Assembly: GCF_964194025.1 (NCBI RefSeq)
Contig: NC_134472.1
Location: 70,866,001-70,912,489 of the forward strand
DNA: 46,489 nucleotides
Origin: Convolutriloba macropyga
Taxonomy: Eukaryota
Direction: 5' to 3'
Shown here: piece after piece, positions 1 to 14,130 of the stretch
Layout of the letters: every line of letters begins with the position of its first letter
How positions within the stretch are numbered: the first letter of the stretch is position 1
Program-made: the position numbers and the translations under genes
Notes under the pieces: model-generated
Database searches by the model: none
Seen by the model: the letters and a program-made list of their open reading frames with translations, nothing else
Told to the model about the DNA's origin: nothing

Positions 1-3000
1 CTGTATGATCTTCTCAAGTTTTCCAATCCTGCAGTTGACAGCTGTAAGTTCTAGGGAATCATTGGACAAGGCAGCAATTTTGCTAATTCGTTTGGGGACG
101 TGAATCCCGAGTCCGGTGTTGGGGCCGGCGGGTCGGTGAAATTGTCTTTGGACAGGGGCAAAAGTGCGTGGACGAGCGATACGAGCTGATTTTTGTGCCT
201 GTGGTGCCCTGAGGATTGCAGTGTCCTTACTGAGGGAGGTCCGTTAGGTGATGCTCACAACAGAGGCGTTTATGCTGAAGGGGATGGTTTTTGTGACAAC
301 ATTGTCGAAGAAGTTATAGATTTGTGTTTCGATAGTTATCTGTGGAGGTCGTTAGTGTCACTTCTCGAGGAATAATGGGATAGGGCGATCGCAAACGGGT
401 GCGTCGTGATATTCCAAGCTTGAAAATTACAGTCTCAGCAATTTATTGCTTGAAAAATTGGTGTGCCAGGAAAGAGTATTAGCCAGGCAATTTTGTAGGG
501 AGAATAAGGATATCCGCACTAGTTCACTCGTTTTAGGATGACTGTGGGAGGCCGGTGAAGGTGAGGTATTTATTGACCCGGGATTGGATAACCGTGGTTA
601 CAGTCTATGACTGTACTGAAGAGTGTGCTGTGCTGAAGAACGCTGGGATTTGCATTTGACAGCTATTTAGCTCTATTGGTTAGGGTAAGATGCACTGGGT
701 AAGATGCACTGGACCAACAACAAAAAGTCGACGGGTGTTGGCTTGGTTTTGGGCTAAGAGGTGGGTGAGTTTTTTTGCTTATTTTTGAGTCGGGTTTGGT
801 AAAAAAACGGGCATTGCTAAACAGTAAAAAAAAATTAAATTTGGTTACTAGAAAAATTTAAGATTTCTCCAGGAATGTCCTCTAAGTATTGGCCAGTTTA
901 ATCAAGACAGTACAATAAAAAGGAGATAAGCATGTGATGGCTTTTGTTTGTGTGGTTTGAAAGATTCCAATTGAAGAGATTCTAATCTGATTTAAATCTA
1001 GTGTGCATTGGAAATGCCTAGTGGTCATAGATCATTGTAGGTAATGTAGTTGTACGTGTTTGTAAGTTTGAGTTATTCTATGCTGTAGGTGAGAAAAGAA
1101 TAGAGAAAATCTGAAGTTTCTGTAAAAATCATTTCATTTTGGGAGTTTTTGAATGAATAGTAGAGGAGCAATGTCTACGTGTTTTTTCTTTGGGGTAGGT
1201 GGTTCCTTACTACCAGTTGCAGTTTGCCTGAGAGAGAATGTTACAGAAACCAGAAGTAATTACTCTAGCCATAGTGACAGTAGATCCAAAACGTTTTCAT
1301 ATTGTAAGTGTTAAAATTAATGCGAGGGAAGCCAAAGAGAGTTTGTAGGAAATTAAACAGTATTCGTTCAAAAGGTACTTTTTAAGCGGGTACCAAGGAT
1401 ATCAAAAGATTTCAATAAAGGAGTTTTTTAAGTAAATTCCACGTTAGTTAGGGTGCGTCAGTGGAGGCGACGTAAAGTAAATTGTTTGCAACTGATGAAT
1501 ATTTTTACGAAAATAGTGCACTGTTTTTGTGTTTGAGACTATTTTGAGTCTAACTGTGATTGTCTCGCAAATTCTACAAAACTTATGACTCGTGTTTAAA
1601 GTTTTTCTGCTGTGTCATCAATTCAATGAAAAATTGTTTTTTACTTGTTGAGGTAAAGTTTTTTGTGGCAGTCGATGCAAATTTGTTGAGCGTTAAAATT
1701 AATTTGTGTGAGGCTGTATGAAATCGAGTGTGATTACGTTTGTAATGTTTTGCGACTTAATTGGCTTAGACGTTGGACGATATGAGTCATCGTTGTCTGC
1801 ATCTAGTGTTTTTAATGGATCAATGTTATCAACTTGACATTGTGCTTTACGCGACCAGGAGAATGTTCTAGGTATTAATTGATAAAAAAAGTTCACTGTT
1901 TTGGTAGTAAATTAGAATGCGTTCGTAGCATTGATTTTCAATAATAGAGAGTGTGCTATCCTGATGAACTTAAACGCAGAAGGTGCTTGTTTGAGTACTT
2001 ATCTTCGATTTAACATCCACTGAGCAATTCAACTTCGGATTCCAGTTGGTTTTGGTTTTCATTCTAATGAAAACTTTTTATTCTGAAGGAGAGCGGATTC
2101 TGTTTACAAATTTTATATTCCATTAACACTACTAATTGATCATGTGAGCGTTATATAGAGTCAAGTTCAGATTTCCTTTGGAAAAGACTTTCTATCACAA
2201 TGTTGTCTTTTTTTTCTCTTGCATTTGTAATTTTAGAATTGGATCGCATAGAGGCGATGCTTTTATGTTATGCCTTCAATGTTTTTAGGAACGAGTGAAG
2301 ACTGACTGTCTCCGATTGACTGTGTCACCGACTTTTTTTCAAAGCATATGAGAGGCAACACGGCTAGTCTTTGACACTAATAAAGTATCTGTTCTGATCA
2401 TAAGTATAAATGCAATTATCACTCTCCCACAAAAAAATTTCCAAAATATTTTCCTTCTTCTTGAGAACTACACCAAAAAAATTTTTTTGGCGAAACTAGA
2501 TGTTATAGCATATTGGATGGTAAGGATTGGCCATAAAACACAATTGAGTGACTAGCGACATAGCGTAACTTGCACGAATTGTTCTCAGTTGTACTGCGGT
2601 GATGGGAAGTGAAAGACAGTTTTTCTTTGAATTGTTCCATGCTGGCAGCAATATGTATAATGTATCCATTGTTCAAGTTTTTTTTTAAAAAATCTTTAGA
2701 ATTGTTCTCGTCAAGCCTTTGCAGACCTTTCGCTTTCTAGTAGTATTTAAGAGGAAAATTCGTTATCTCGGTTATGAAATAAGCAATCAACATCGACTGG
2801 GACCAATAATTGAGCTCTCAAAAACTTGACGTACTTTTCTTTAAAAAGACGATACTTGAAAACAGATTGCTTTAATTTCATAATGTTCTCTCTTGCTGAT
2901 AAAAATTGTAAGACTTTCAGTGTTCAATAGCCGCTCGCGACATCTATACAAGCAACCATTGTGGCCAGTTTCCATAATAGGTTTTCCAATTGAGTTTGAC

Positions 3001-3639
3001 TTTGTTGGTGTTTTTTTGAATGTTTGTACATACCTTTTTCCGAAGTTCAATGTGTTTGACAAAAGCAATTTGAAATAGTAAAAAAAATGATGCTGTACAA
3101 AGGATCAGCAAAAATCAAGCGGCTGTTCTGGGCGCGAAAATAAATTCAGTTATCTAATTTTAACATAGTGCAAGAAGTGAGAGTAGGGCAGAATTTTCAA
3201 TTTTTATTAGATATTCTTTCACATTAATTTTTGACTTTTTTTCACTTTTTTTATTTGTTAAAGCTCAGAAAAAACTATAACATGTTTACTCTCAAGATTA
3301 GTCTAAAAACAATCCCTAAATAATCAACTCTTAGTCTGTTTGACTTCAACACAACAAGTTTATCAACTATGTTGTCGAATTTTGAGTTCTGGTGTTTTAT
3401 TTTATTTACCTTTTTTCTTGCCACATATAGTCAGTAAAAACAAGTCCCAACAAGTTTCGAATGGTGTGTTATTGGATCTGTTTAATCGATCAACTGATAG
3501 GTTACTTCGAAAAGATTGGCATTAATTGCTCTGAAAAATTGGGAGTGACTTCTTGAGTTTTAACCGCATTTGCTCTTCTGTTAGAAGACTATTCACTTAG
3601 TTTCAGTAATAATAGGTGTCAAATGATCCCTTCTGAGGT

Positions 3640-4230
3640 TTCAGTGACTATATTTACGGCTCCCAAATTGTCATTGTAGGAAAAAAAAACTAGCTCCCGG
3701 TTTTAGAGATTATAGCTCTACTTGTCTTAGAAGATGAGTGATTTCTGTGTTTTGTCTAAAATTGTTGTTATGGGTGCCTTAGTTTTTCTTAAGACAGTTT
3801 TCATACATCTTACAGAAAAGTATTAAATATATTACTTTTTAGTTTGAAGATATTAATAACTTTTTCATTCACTTTAAAACTATTTGTGTTAATGAAAATT
3901 TGGAGATTTATTGTATTTCTGTGGTGTTTTTTCAGTGGAGACTTCAGTGACTATATTCACGGCTCCCAAATATCCATCTTAGGCAAAAAAAACTAGCTCT
4001 TGGTTTTAGAGATTATAGCTCTACTTGATTTAGAAGAATATGAGTGAGTTTTGTGTTTTGTCTAAAATTGTTGTTATGGGTCATTTATTTTTAATTATGA
4101 CAGGTCACATTTTACGGAAATGTATTGGTTATATTGCTTGTTAGTTTAAGGATATTGATAACTTTCTCATTCACTTTGATACCAATTGTGTTAGTGAAAA
4201 CTTGGGGATTTTTGCATTTCTGGGGTGTTT
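3640..4230. repeat. Diverged tandem duplication, 2 copies, period 303 bp
   Basis: TTCAGTGACTATATT(T/C)ACGGCTCCCAAA starts at 3640 and 3943; downstream blocks GGTTTTAGAGATTATAGCTCTACTTG and TGTGTTTTGTCTAAAATTGTTGTTATGGG recur in the same order. Confidence 0.9.
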
Positions 4231-5661
4231 CTTGTTCTTTTTAAAGTTCTTTTTAAAGTAAATGGTTTTCGAGTTCTAAAAAACATCCTTTTTATACTTT
4301 CAGTGAAACACACAGGAGTGAATTGAAAGTTTTCATTCGATGCTTCATGAAGACAACAATCTCTTGGAACGAGTTTTCACAAAATGTTTGATATGTTGAG
4401 GTCCGCTGTGTTGGTTATTTTCGGCTTCGATTTATAGTTGAGTTTTACTTACGACAAGATCATGAAGCAAATCTATGTTTAAGATTTATAAGAAACCTAA
4501 TTTAATTTTTGTGTGAAGTTTTCAATTGGTAGTTATTAGTTATGCGAATTTAACACAATATCTTCAAAAACAAACCTGACCGGTTTTCTCTTGCAATCAA
4601 TTACATCATTTGTTTTAATCAACAAAGTGAACGGTCAGTTTAGTGAGTGATACTAACTTCTTTTTCAATTGTTTTGCCACTCTTGACCCTTTATGGAATC
4701 ATTTTATAAAAAAAAGATGGTTCAAATGTATTTGAAAGGTCCTAATGAAAAATTATGTGTTTAATTATTTTTTGGGTATCCAGAAAAAAACAATTCGCAT
4801 GACATTCGTTTATTGTCCCAATTCTCAGTTAATATGCATTAATCATGCAATGCACAAGTTTTGTGAAGAATCTTATAACAAATTCTTGAAAGGTTGGATA
4901 GTACTGACCTCACAATTTGAGGAAACAAGAAAAGAGCGTTTATAGACTCTTTCTTGATACTTTTTCTTTATTTTTTCATACTTGGATCATAGGCGCTGTT
5001 GGTAAAAAACCATCTAACCAATTATTAGATGCGCGCTTTTTTTAACATCTTTTTTTTCATTTAACAGGTCGAATGACTGTTGTCCGAAGCTTCCCATAGA
5101 AATGTTCTATCCTATATCGTCTTAGTTGTTTGGTTATCAAGAACACGTGTCTATCGATTGTCAAATTGCGTGGTCTGATGAAATCTCCCACCAAAAGACT
5201 CAAAAAATTTTATGTTGTTAGATTGTCCACTAGCATGTGAGGATTTTTGCAGTGGAAGATTTGTCACCCTTCCACCCAATGCACAAATAGAGTAGAAAAA
5301 CTGCTTTTCTGTGCGCGAGATTCTTGTTGGTCTCCAAAAAACCAATTTTCACATCGGTTATACATTGACATTTTGCTTATTCATCTTTTGGATTCATTTG
5401 GATTCATCTTTTGCTGCGCTTGTCTCACAATTTTTTCGTTCTGATAGTGCCAATGTTACGGTTATTATCTCTTCAGAAAGGGTCTCTAGTGGTAGTTCTA
5501 AACTTTTGGTTTTGAGGCAATCATTATATCTATCATAAAACTTTCTTTTGCTAGAATAGCAAGTTTAACTTTTAAGCTTGAAATTAACCAATTTTATGAG
5601 TAAACAATGTTTTGAAAAGTTTCGGCAACAAAATTAGGCGATAAAAGAAATGAACTAAGTA

Positions 5662-5746
5662 ATACAATTATAAAACTTGTACAATTATAAAACAATACAA
5701 TTATAATACAATTATACAGTAATACAATTATACAATTATAAAACAA
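5662..5746. repeat. Imperfect ACAATTATA simple repeat
   Basis: Several ACAATTATA/TACAAT units in tandem. Confidence 0.85.
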
Positions 5747-8700
5747 TAAATGAACAGAATGTGAGACAATAAAAGTAACGTATATATTGAAAGTTATTAA
5801 GCTGGTGATAAGTAGTATTTTGAAGTGTATTGAGTAGCAGTTTAATTATTGGCAAGATCCATCTCTTCTCCCACTGAAAGCGTGAACAGATCTTCTGGGT
5901 TTGTGTTGTGATGATCTATTATATATCTGACATGGGGTAAGTTTGTGATACCTCGCCAATGGGCCAATGATTAGAGAGATATTGGTCTTTGGAGAAATCC
6001 ACTAGCGGTGTCTTGAATTGTTCCTACAAGTGAAGTAGCTGGAGCAGATGGAGGTCGGAAATTTTCAACGGCGCCATCGCGCTTTTGTTTTTGCCGTGTC
6101 CAGTGTGTAGTTGGTAAAGTTGTTGGGTTTTCGAAGTTATCGTAGTAATATAAAATTGATTATGGCTTCTTGATCTCTTCAGTTGGAGGATTCAGTTTCA
6201 GAAGGACATAACTTGCAGTTTGATGCTGCTTTTTTAGGTTTTGCGAAGCATGTTGCCAAGTGAATTCTGAGGCAAGATTTCGGATGGCGGGGTTATCCGG
6301 TTTTTCTTAGGTATACATGGTACGCAAGGTTTGCATGGCGGTATAGATGTTGCTTTTTTTCGAAGTTACTCCACTACCGGGGTCACGCTTTCTGTGTTTC
6401 GCCTTTTTCATTGGCCTTCTGTACTCTTTTGAACTCGTTATTGTGGGAAAAAGTCTTTTCTTCAGTGATTGTTTTTGTTTCGGGGCCCAGTTTTTGGCTC
6501 CTTAGAAATACTGACACTAAATTTAGAAACATCCCTCAGGGAAGTTCTTTTGTTAAGGTTTGTTTTTGAAAAAGCACGTCCAGGTTCACATAAAGGCAGA
6601 AATGTTCCGATTCATTTTTGTTTGAGTTCAATTTTATAGATCTACAATGTTAAGAGAAAAACATATTACGTGAAATTGAAAAAAAAATCAAGTGAAATTT
6701 TTTTCTGCGCTTTGTTGTAAGCTCTTTTTTTGTAAAAAAAAACAATCTATTATAGACTTCTCAAAACCGCATATAGTTTTTAATAGAAGAATAATTTTAG
6801 GGCAACCGGCTCTGGTAAATGAAAACATCGAAAACTAAACCTTTTACTGGTGCTTCCTGTTTACAATGAATTTAAAGGGTAATTTCGCGTCAATAGTACA
6901 ACATTGGCCCAGGAATAAACTTAGTTGTTTTTCGGTGAAGTTTTTAGTAGATCAGCTATATCTTTTAGTTATATCACTTTTTTTGTAATTGAATTTAAGA
7001 GTGCTGCTCAAAATCCATTTTGATTTCGTAAATTAGTGTTGCTTCCGGATTAAAATTTTCGAGGAAAAAACAAGAAATGAAACACTTTATAATCAAACAA
7101 TCATAACAATGAGTACTAAAAGGAGAATTTCCAGCACGTTTGAGCTCGCTTACTTGAAACTGTTTAATTGGGTACTACTTTTTAGGTTTTTCGCAGTAGT
7201 TTTTCAATTGCTTTAATTTGTCAAAAATATTGAATTATTTTTATATGGAGGGCTTGAAGTTTAATTATTTAATTATACCAAAAAAGGGAAAACAGCCTCT
7301 TTCGAAAAATCAATTTGACTACTCTGTTTGGGCTAATTTTCTTGTCTACGGAGTGCATATTGAATTCAAAGCGCTATTTCTGATTTCTTGATTTCTAAAC
7401 CGGTATTTTTAGAATCATTCAGTTCATGGCGCAGTACTAGGTACACGTCAATTCTCATTATTAGCTTGTTTGATTTTCAGAAATCATATATTTGGGGCAG
7501 TTATTAATTATCCGGTCTTTTCAACAAACAAGGAGGCTCGGTAATGTGCGTTCACTCATATTTTTTGACGTAATTTGCTACCAACTGAGAAAGAAAAACA
7601 AATTTTTTTTAAAAAAAAAACACATACTATACAAAAATAATTGTTTAATGAGTGATTTGTTTGATTTAATCTTTAATGAGTGCTAACCGATGAAAGATTT
7701 ATTTACTGCCGAATAACCTCTCGTAAAAATCTACTTAAAAAATTACCAACAAATTCAAAATACATCAGTAAAAACCTAAGCTAAAATCAGATTATTCTCT
7801 AACTCAAAGCAGATGTGACCTTTCCGTAATAGTACATTGTACTAAGTCAAAATGAACAAGAATGAAAAGAGGCAAAGTCTATCATCAGCTGTCAACTAAA
7901 AATAATTGATAGAGTCTTATATAACTCCATTGGAGCCGTTGGGAGCATTCGTTAGCGGCGAGAAAAAGATATAAACAACGAAACCACGGAGAACCAATGA
8001 TACTTGCCATTGATGAGAATAGAATGCAAGTTGAGCAACAAAACTATGGAACAAAATTACCTATTAATTGCGACCGAAATTCAATGTTTTTTTTCAAACG
8101 CTGATAAAAGTCGAAATTCCAACCGTTAACATCAGACGGAAAACAAAATGATATCAATTAACATTAAACGGCATCGGCAAAAACTTAAAAACTTTTAATC
8201 TTCTCGAAAAGATGTCGGCCTGGTTTTTTTGAGACTAGGTAACAACTAGACAAAAAACGCAAAAAAAGAAAAGTTTAAAATACGGTTTTTATTGTAGAGA
8301 ATAGTTTCAGAGCAAAAAACCATTAGCTCTTAACTGGAAAAACTGGTTAGGCTTTTCTATACGACCATAAAGGGAACCATTGAGATCTCTCCTTATCCAG
8401 ACATTGTCATAACACTGCAATAGAGAGTGACAGATACATCTCAGTAGCAGGTATTCAGTTAAACTTTGGGGGAAACTGCTGTGCTGTCGAAGCCAATGAA
8501 ACCGTGTGCCATTCATTACAGCCATTAAGTATGATTAACTGCTCTCATCGTCAAAGCAAGTGGAAACCGCAATTAAATTTGTGGTATGACACGAAACACA
8601 AAATTGTTCATTTTTTTTTAAAAAAAATACTAATTAATGAAATTACAAAATTTTTTATAAAAACTCAAATTAATGGAGCCAAAGCACGCTTAATAAACAG

Positions 8701-10431
8701 AAACTAGTAATAACATAAAATTTTTCTTCAGAATGCAGATGCCGGCTCTGTTTATATTATATGATTTGTTGCAAATTGTCAGAAATGAGTTTTTAAAAAA
8801 ATGACGAAAATAAAAATCCTAAATCTTTTTTTAAACCGTGTATAATCAAAAATCGTAAAATCCAATTTTTTCAATTAAAGGAAATCAATAAAAACTATAA
8901 ACTCATAGGAGGTCAAATTTACATTATATTGGTGGAGAAGAAAATTGGTTTAGAAAACAAATTAAGAACGCGTAAGATCAAATTTCCTCAAACTACATTA
9001 TAAAAACACCTTGTTGAGGCCTTCAAACCATAAGTAATCAAATGCACAGATATAAAACGTTTAATGGATTTTTTTTTGAACATCAATGAGAACTCGTTCC
9101 AGGTGGACTATGCGAACAAAACAACAAAGATGACCACATGCAATGACCAGTATCAAAGTTTTTTTGAATTGTTTTTGAAACCACACAGCCAGAAGAAACA
9201 ATCAGCTGCAACATAAAAAAGAGAAATTTTTTTTGCGCTGCCGAAATTGGATGGGAGACGTCATTATAAGAACTAAAATATAATGTATCAGAAAGAAAAA
9301 CAGAAAGGGGCAGAGTTCAAAAGGGCGACCAAATAATGCCATTAGCAATCAACTGAAATTATTAAATTTGTTGTTAATGTTTTCAGAAGAAGCTACTGGG
9401 ACCCGCCATTATCCAAAACGAGTGATAGCTCTGGGAAAAAAAGAGTTTGCGAGAAAACTGTTTTGTAGCCGTTAATATCATATCATACTCTATTTACTAA
9501 CTAAAGTTCTTTTTATACACATGCATATTTTCATCAAATTTTATCAATACGATGATGGGACAAGGTAGCAAATGATTGCAAAATTGGTAAATGTCCAAAA
9601 TTTTTTTGGGGTTTCCACTGAATAAATTACCTGAGGTATTGAAGCAATTATGACAACAATGGAAAAGAGTAGCTTCTAGAAACACTTTAATTGCACGCTC
9701 TAAGAATAGGATATGGTTTGTCTTCTCTAAGACTAAGCAACAGGTTGACAGATGTTCAAAATAAAAAGCGAGACTCAAAAGTAAACAGGCATTTTCTTAA
9801 AATAAGTATTTTTGAATACCAAAGAGATGATAGGTGTCAACTGAATGCATTATATAGTTTCAAGTATACCATTTAGTCAAGCCAAGTGGACCTTTATTTA
9901 TTGATACTAAGTCATGAGACCGCAGAAATGAACAAATGCGGGCGGCAAAACACAAGAAATTCTTTCCAATTTAGGAAAACACATTGTTTAAATTATAGAA
10001 GCCATGAAACTCTCTCTGAAGACACAGTATCTGATACTGGGGGCCTCATTTAGACGAAAAGCGCGGATGATTAATATATAAATTTTAATGCAATTTTTAT
10101 TGCAAAATTAGTTCTTGAAGAAGACGTAGCCTCAATGGATTTATAATTTTTTATTGTCAAAAACCATACCACGTAGAGACAAAAACTTGCCTGCATTAAC
10201 CGACTCGTTCAATTGTAACAGCTAATTTTTCCTTTAGTAACCGAAATAGGTTATGATAGGCAACGAAAGGTCATGATTCAAACGTCTGATAGCAGTTTTA
10301 GGTTATATTTCAGGCAAATTAGAAAAAAGTGGGTCGAAACGGAAAGGATCCCAATAATAATTTGTTTTGAAAACGAATCTCTTTGTCTCGCTGCACGAGC
10401 ATATGAATTTTACGCCCCCTATTCCACGCAG

Positions 10432-10474
10432 GGACCCCTAATACACGTTTGGATGACAGACAACAAAGGAGAGG
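10432..10474 (+). CDS. Possible 43-nt micro-exon of the host gene (TPNTRLDDRQQRR)
   Basis: Pyrimidine-rich CCCCCTATTCCACGCAG acceptor, open frame, GG|GTTGTA donor in phase 2, which matches the phase-2 start of the exon at 16405. Short, so it could be chance. Confidence 0.3.
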
Positions 10475-11210
10475 GTTGTATTTAAGTCAAAAGTTGGTCG
10501 TATTTCTGCCCCTCCCCCGAGGGTACAATAATAGTAATAATAAAGTAAAGTTTGGAGGGTATAAATATGCAGCTTCAATAATTTCAATCTGCATATTTAC
10601 CCCCAGATTTTTACCGTGTTATTGAAGTAGGTTTTCCGAGTTTTATGCAACAAATAGTTCTTCTTTATAAAGTGCTATTTGTTGTAGTTGTATAAACTTG
10701 CAGAACTCAGCAAATCATCTTAGAAATTCTTATTTTAAATTTGACATTGAGAGAGTTACTTTTAGTTCGGTTAATTGTCTCATGTTAGAACGTGCCTTTT
10801 TAGAGCGAGTCATTATTTCTGACAATATCCTAATTATTGTTATTGACTGTGGAGTAACACCACCACTACAGCTGTTGTCAATCTTCAACACACCCAAGCA
10901 CAGTTAACCTTTTCCCATGATGCCAACCCCCCCCCCCCCCCCCCCAACCAAACAAACTCGAGGAGGACAATCTCTGGGTCTTTTCATAAAGAGAACACCC
11001 CTGTCATTTGTAATCTATACTCCATTGCTCCCCCACTCCCCCATCTTCGTGATCATATCTTTGTATACCCCCATTACGGTAATTACGTACACCATAATGG
11101 GTCTTCCCATTTGCTCCCCTGATGGGGATTATAGCACACAATGACGGGGGGGGGGGGGGGTATATCTGTATCCCACCATGAGGAGAGGAGGGGGGTATAT
11201 TTATAGCGTT

Positions 11211-11306
11211 ATGTCAACGTTATATAGCTACTAAGATGTCAACGTTATATAGCTCTGCATGTCAACGTTATATACCTCTGCATGTCAACGTTATATAGCT
11301 ACTAAG
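11211..11306. repeat. Minisatellite, 4 copies of 23-25 bp
   Basis: ATGTCAACGTTATATA(G/C)CT followed by ACTAAG or CTGC, in an A-B-B-A order. Confidence 0.95.
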
Positions 11307-12180
11307 ATGGGGGGGCTATAATTGCAAGCACACCCCTTACTTTCGTTGAAGGTGACTATAATGGGAAGAGACCTCCTCTCCGAAAAGGTCTTAGCGTTTC
11401 CTAAGTGGTTACTAAAATTGGGCGAGGGGTGGGTGAATTTGGTGACCGTACAATGGGAAAGAGTTGTGCAATAGCAAACCATTTGTCGAGTACTCCTAAA
11501 GAACCAAGCAGAGGCTTCGCAAATATTGATCGTCCAGGGACGTTTCCTTCCGCTGAAATCTGAACGATGGAACAACCCACAGAATAAACGCTCACTCAGT
11601 TATAAAGGTGTCATTGGAATATTATCAACCTGTCATCCATTCTGCGGAAGTGAGAAAATTGAATGGTTTATCATTTTAAAGGTAAACACTCATTTTCTAC
11701 CCCCCCCCCCCCCCCACACACACACACACACACACCTACACTTAGAGACTTAGAGACTATAATTATTTTATGGACTCCACGTACACGTATCCCCTTTCCA
11801 ACGTGCCATTCTGGATCTTATTTCGAGTCTTCTCATTATACCCCCCCCCCCCCCCCCCCCCCACGAAAATATAGCCCCCCATTAATAGAAATGAGCTATA
11901 TAACAACATATAATTTGTAACTGGGGGCGTAAAAATCACGGGGGAAACAGAATAGATCCTGGATCTCTTATAACCCGTTCTCGGGTTCTTTCTTGTTCCT
12001 CAAGGCTTCATTTCTGTAGCCCTGCATATGTTGAACAAGTAGAGCTTCTTGTCAAGCTATGTCAAGATTATCTTATGCACAATTTACATTAAGTTGTTCT
12101 CTCTCAGCCTAACAAAAATCATCAATTTAATAAAGATTAGAGACAAGGGTGCAACTTAGAGACACAAGGGGTTCAAAGCC

Positions 12181-12240
12181 CATTTTAGCCCATTTTAGCC
12201 CATTTTAGCCCATTTTAGCCCATTTTAGCCCATTTTAGCC
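12181..12240. repeat. Perfect 10-bp tandem repeat (CATTTTAGCC)x6
   Basis: Read directly from the sequence. Confidence 0.98.
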
Positions 12241-14130
12241 CCCCTCTCCCGTAAAATTATAGCCCCTCCTCCATGAAATTATACCCCCCCACATTATCGT
12301 ATTATCGTATATTTATCATGATTGGGACTGTTTGTTATGTGACCGTTAAAACGGGGGGGGGGGGGAGATCTATAGTGGTAAAGACCCAAAGTTTAATTAG
12401 CTGACTTCAATCTAACGAGAGCGACTAAAGGGCATCGTGTTCACATTTCACCAACCAAAAGATGAAGTCTCTTAGGAATGAAATCCAATCTGAAAAACAA
12501 TTGAATAACTTCAAGTCGAACGTCTAGAAAACGCCAATAAGCGGAAAATTGTCCAAGCGGAAAATTTACAGAAAACTGGAACCAGCAATTGTTGGCAAAG
12601 AACCAGCAGGCTTGTAAAATTTATTTTCAGACATGCTCATTGCAGATACAGACTTTGAGGAAGGTCCGGGATTGGACTCAACTCATGCGAAGTTTTCGCC
12701 AGTAGAATTTAACAAGGATGCTCGTTAATGTGCGTTCGCAAATGATGTTCCGACCCGAGCTTATTTACACTTTTGACTTAATTGTCAACCAAGTGAAGAG
12801 ATAACAAAAATAGATGTTTGAGTTTAAAAAATTGTTTATCAACCTAACTACTTATTGAATTAAATAATGCCATGCCTCATTCCAGCGCTGACGAGATTTG
12901 TCAATGAAAGAACTACGAAAAAAAACAACAACATAAGCAAAAACAAAAACTTCGCGGCAAAAACTAAATATCTAAATTTGAACATACCTAGTTTGAAAAC
13001 TTAACTACACAAACCTACTTTTTTCCTAACTATGAAACAGATGGAAGTTTTCCCTAATGAGACTAGGTAACAGGTCGACAAAGTGAAGATACAATGAGGC
13101 GAAATTCAAAAATCAATCAACATTTTTTAAACCGAAAAATTTCAAAAATCTTAAAAATACTTAGCTTTTAATGAAATCAATCTTAATAAATATAATAAAC
13201 ATTCATTATGAAACTAATAAGACCTGTCGTTTGTTAGACTAAGCCATGCAAACTGACTACAGAAACAGAAAAACTCGAAAAATTAAACAGTTTGCGAAAA
13301 CACAATCTATTGAAGGCATTATATTATCATTAGCTATTATCTGAATACCATTTATTCTTCCTTCTATTTTGAATCAAACTAAAACAACTAAAATTATACT
13401 GAAAGATTAAATAAGTTCATTTCGGCCACATTTGAAAATCATTGGGATCTGTCATTACGCGAATGTGCTAAAGGACGAGAAGAAGATACAAAAAACACCA
13501 CCCTCATAATTTTTATAAAAACGCATGCTATACAACAAACAAAACATCAGTTACGTCATAATTTCAGTAAAAATGTTTCTTTTTAGAATACAAGGAATTG
13601 TATGGCACCTCTCAATGATGAAAATAAGTTACAAGTTGACGAAAAGAACAACAAAAACTGAAAAGTAAAAAAAAATCATTGAAAATGTATGATATCATAA
13701 ACTTTAAGACTATTCGCTATAATATGGCTGCCTCGAGTAACATCAATCCTTGAATCCTGAATTACTAGCTTCTGAGACTGGTCAGAATTTTGCACCAACC
13801 TAAAGATTAATAAAAATAGGCAAAAACCGCAAATTCAAAAACAAGTGAGCAAGAAAAGCGTCAAGGCATTAAAAATAACTTTATGGTAAATACTTTTCTA
13901 TTATTATTTCATTTTTTACAACATGAGATTCTTAAATCAACAAATATGAGCAAATACAATAAAACCACGAAACTTCTGAGAAAACCCGTACTATCAACGC
14001 CATTAAATTCAATTGCATTCAACGTTAATAAAAGGGCTCCATGGGAGCTTAAAAGTTAAACCACAATAAGACAGAAAAAATGGTTCTCATTGACCAGTCA
14101 TTGATACTAAAAGACATTACAAAAGGTTAT

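Larger units (their letters stand above)
10920..12370. repeat. Poly-C/poly-G-rich block with inverted GGGGG(G/C)TATA motifs; probable cluster of DNA-element termini
   Basis: C runs at ~10928, 11700 and 11841; G runs at ~11146 and 12353; GTTATATAGCT..ATGGGGGGCTATA at ~11290-11322 recurs inverted at ~11866-11904. Confidence 0.6.

Noticed and set aside
11211-11306. CRISPR-like array
   Set aside because: The repeats are directly adjacent with no unique spacers, there are no cas genes, and the context is eukaryotic.
10917-11920. Proline-rich ORFs (PPPPPP, HTHTHT)
   Set aside because: Translations of poly-C and (CA)n tracts.
12181-12240. Interstitial telomeric repeat
   Set aside because: CATTTTAGCC does not match TTAGGG, TTAGG or TTAGGC on either strand.
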